NCBI GenBank assembly: GCA_002269645.1
Contig: NIVC01000038.1
Coordinates: 434,001-498,000, forward strand
DNA from: Macrostomum lignano
Taxonomy: Eukaryota
Direction of reading: 5' to 3'
Length of the DNA stretch: 64,000 bases
Shown here: positions 62,606 to 64,000 of the stretch, piece after piece
Layout: each line of letters begins with the position of its first letter
Position numbering within the stretch: position 1 is the stretch's first letter
Notes under the pieces: model-generated
What the model was told of the DNA's origin: nothing
The model's database searches: none
Seen by the model: only the letters and a program-made list of their open reading frames with translations
Position numbers and translations under genes: made by a program

Positions 62606-64000
62606 CCAGGAGAGAAGCGAGAAGTTTCCGAGATGTAATTTGTTTTATGGTTGCAAAAGAATCTGAAAAAATTAAGTGCTTTGAATTCGTACGAGTAGCT
62701 CGTATTAAACCACTTGTGAAATATCAAAATAATTGAATTAAATTTATCTCTGCGTAACCATTCGAAAAGGAGCAGGATTTGATTAAATAATATATTGCTA
62801 GCAAGCCTATGGCAAAAAATATATATTAGAAGCAAAATCAATTTCTGTCAACGGATGCGCTTATTTTCAAAAGATCAGAGGTGTCCCAGTTTAAATTGCT
62901 AGCTTATTTATTCACTGCTTTGAAATTTTACAGTGAAAAAATCAAGGTCTTTTTACCATTTTTACCATCCATTTTCACCATCCATTTTTAATTCAACGGC
63001 ATACGCCTCAAAATAAGCACCCTTTCTTATACTTTCATGTAGCTCGTAATGCTCGATTCAAATTCGTTCTCATGAGCTACAGTGTTCAATTATAATGCAG
63101 GTTTTTTCCTGTACTTTGCTTTTAAAATATATTTACGTGTGCTCTTTGGCGCCTTAAGAATCGGCAGCATTTTAAAAGCGTCGTAAATAAATATTTGTTA
63201 TAGTTGCGTCCAAATCTTTGAAGACGAAGAATGAGCAACATCTAGACATTTTCCAGCTTGTTGGTGATTCGTTAAATGTGAGGTATTGATACTTTTACTT
63301 TCAGTTATTTGAAATATCAGTTATCGTAGATGTTAGTCAGTGCAAATCGAGAGCCAAAAGTTTGCGAGGCGAGACGAAAGTGCCAAGTGCACTGACATAC
63401 GATACGATTTATTATAAGCGAGGTTCCATAGCAGCCCCTCAACCCAAGGGCTAAAACACCAACAGTGTACATTAAAGTCACGATAGAGCAGAGACGTGCA
63501 AAGAGCGTGAGCCCAGACAAAGAGCGCACGCACAGGAATAAAATCACAAACGATACGCGGAGTAAAAGCACACGCCCAACCCCCCACGCAACAGGCCCAA
63601 CATTTGAAAAAGCAACAATAGGCGAAATCCTAGGCCTTTATTATCTGTATAAAGTTTAGCGTGGCTGATGATGCACTATGAGCACTGAAGATTTTGAAGC
63701 TTCCTTGTGTACTTTAAGTAACACCCCGACGGCCAGTAATCCCGCCCGGCTGTCCCCTGTCCTTCCGCCCTCCGCAGGGCCCTACTTCGACTCAACAGTA
63801 GAGACATTAGGGCGGTGCCATGCCCTCTTAGGCTATGGCTGTTTTGCCGCGCATCGTTACCTCCAGGGAAAAAATCCGTAGCGAGAAATTATGCCCATTC
63901 TGCCCCTGCGGTTGAAAATCCGGAGCACTATTACATATACTCAGCAACAGCTAACCCCCCCCCAACTCACGCTGTCACACGGGCACAAAAGTTAAGCAGT

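Overview
This is animal genomic DNA, not prokaryotic: it has spliceosomal GT-AG introns, many of them filled by minisatellites, plus SINEs, LINEs and DNA transposons. Intron style and a spliced-leader-like sequence suggest a macrostomid flatworm such as Macrostomum; that is an inference. Most long ORFs in the supplied track are artefacts of stop-free tandem repeats. By matching splice phases by hand I reconstructed these genes: a TSP1-like type I membrane protein, a TMEM220-like gene, two acyl-CoA thioesterase (ACOT/BAAT family) paralogs ending in PTS1, two Cys-loop secreted peptide precursors absent from the ORF track, and an HMG-box protein with a GTF2I-like repeat and a 48-bp coding VNTR. 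There are also two single-exon NHL-repeat genes, one with a nonsense codon. A tandem duplication (about 27.4-41.7 kb vs 42.1-52.5 kb) supplies empty sites that define several insertions precisely. The strongest leads are: (1) a TSD-flanked, (AAC)n-tailed insertion that starts with a spliced-leader-like hairpin; (2) the HMG + TFII-I-like protein; (3) the duplicated disulfide-loop peptide precursors; (4) reciprocal paralog-specific minisatellite introns; (5) an Ingi-like LINE inserted into the YADD motif of an older LINE. Reference sequences marked 'recalled' come from memory and were not checked by any search.
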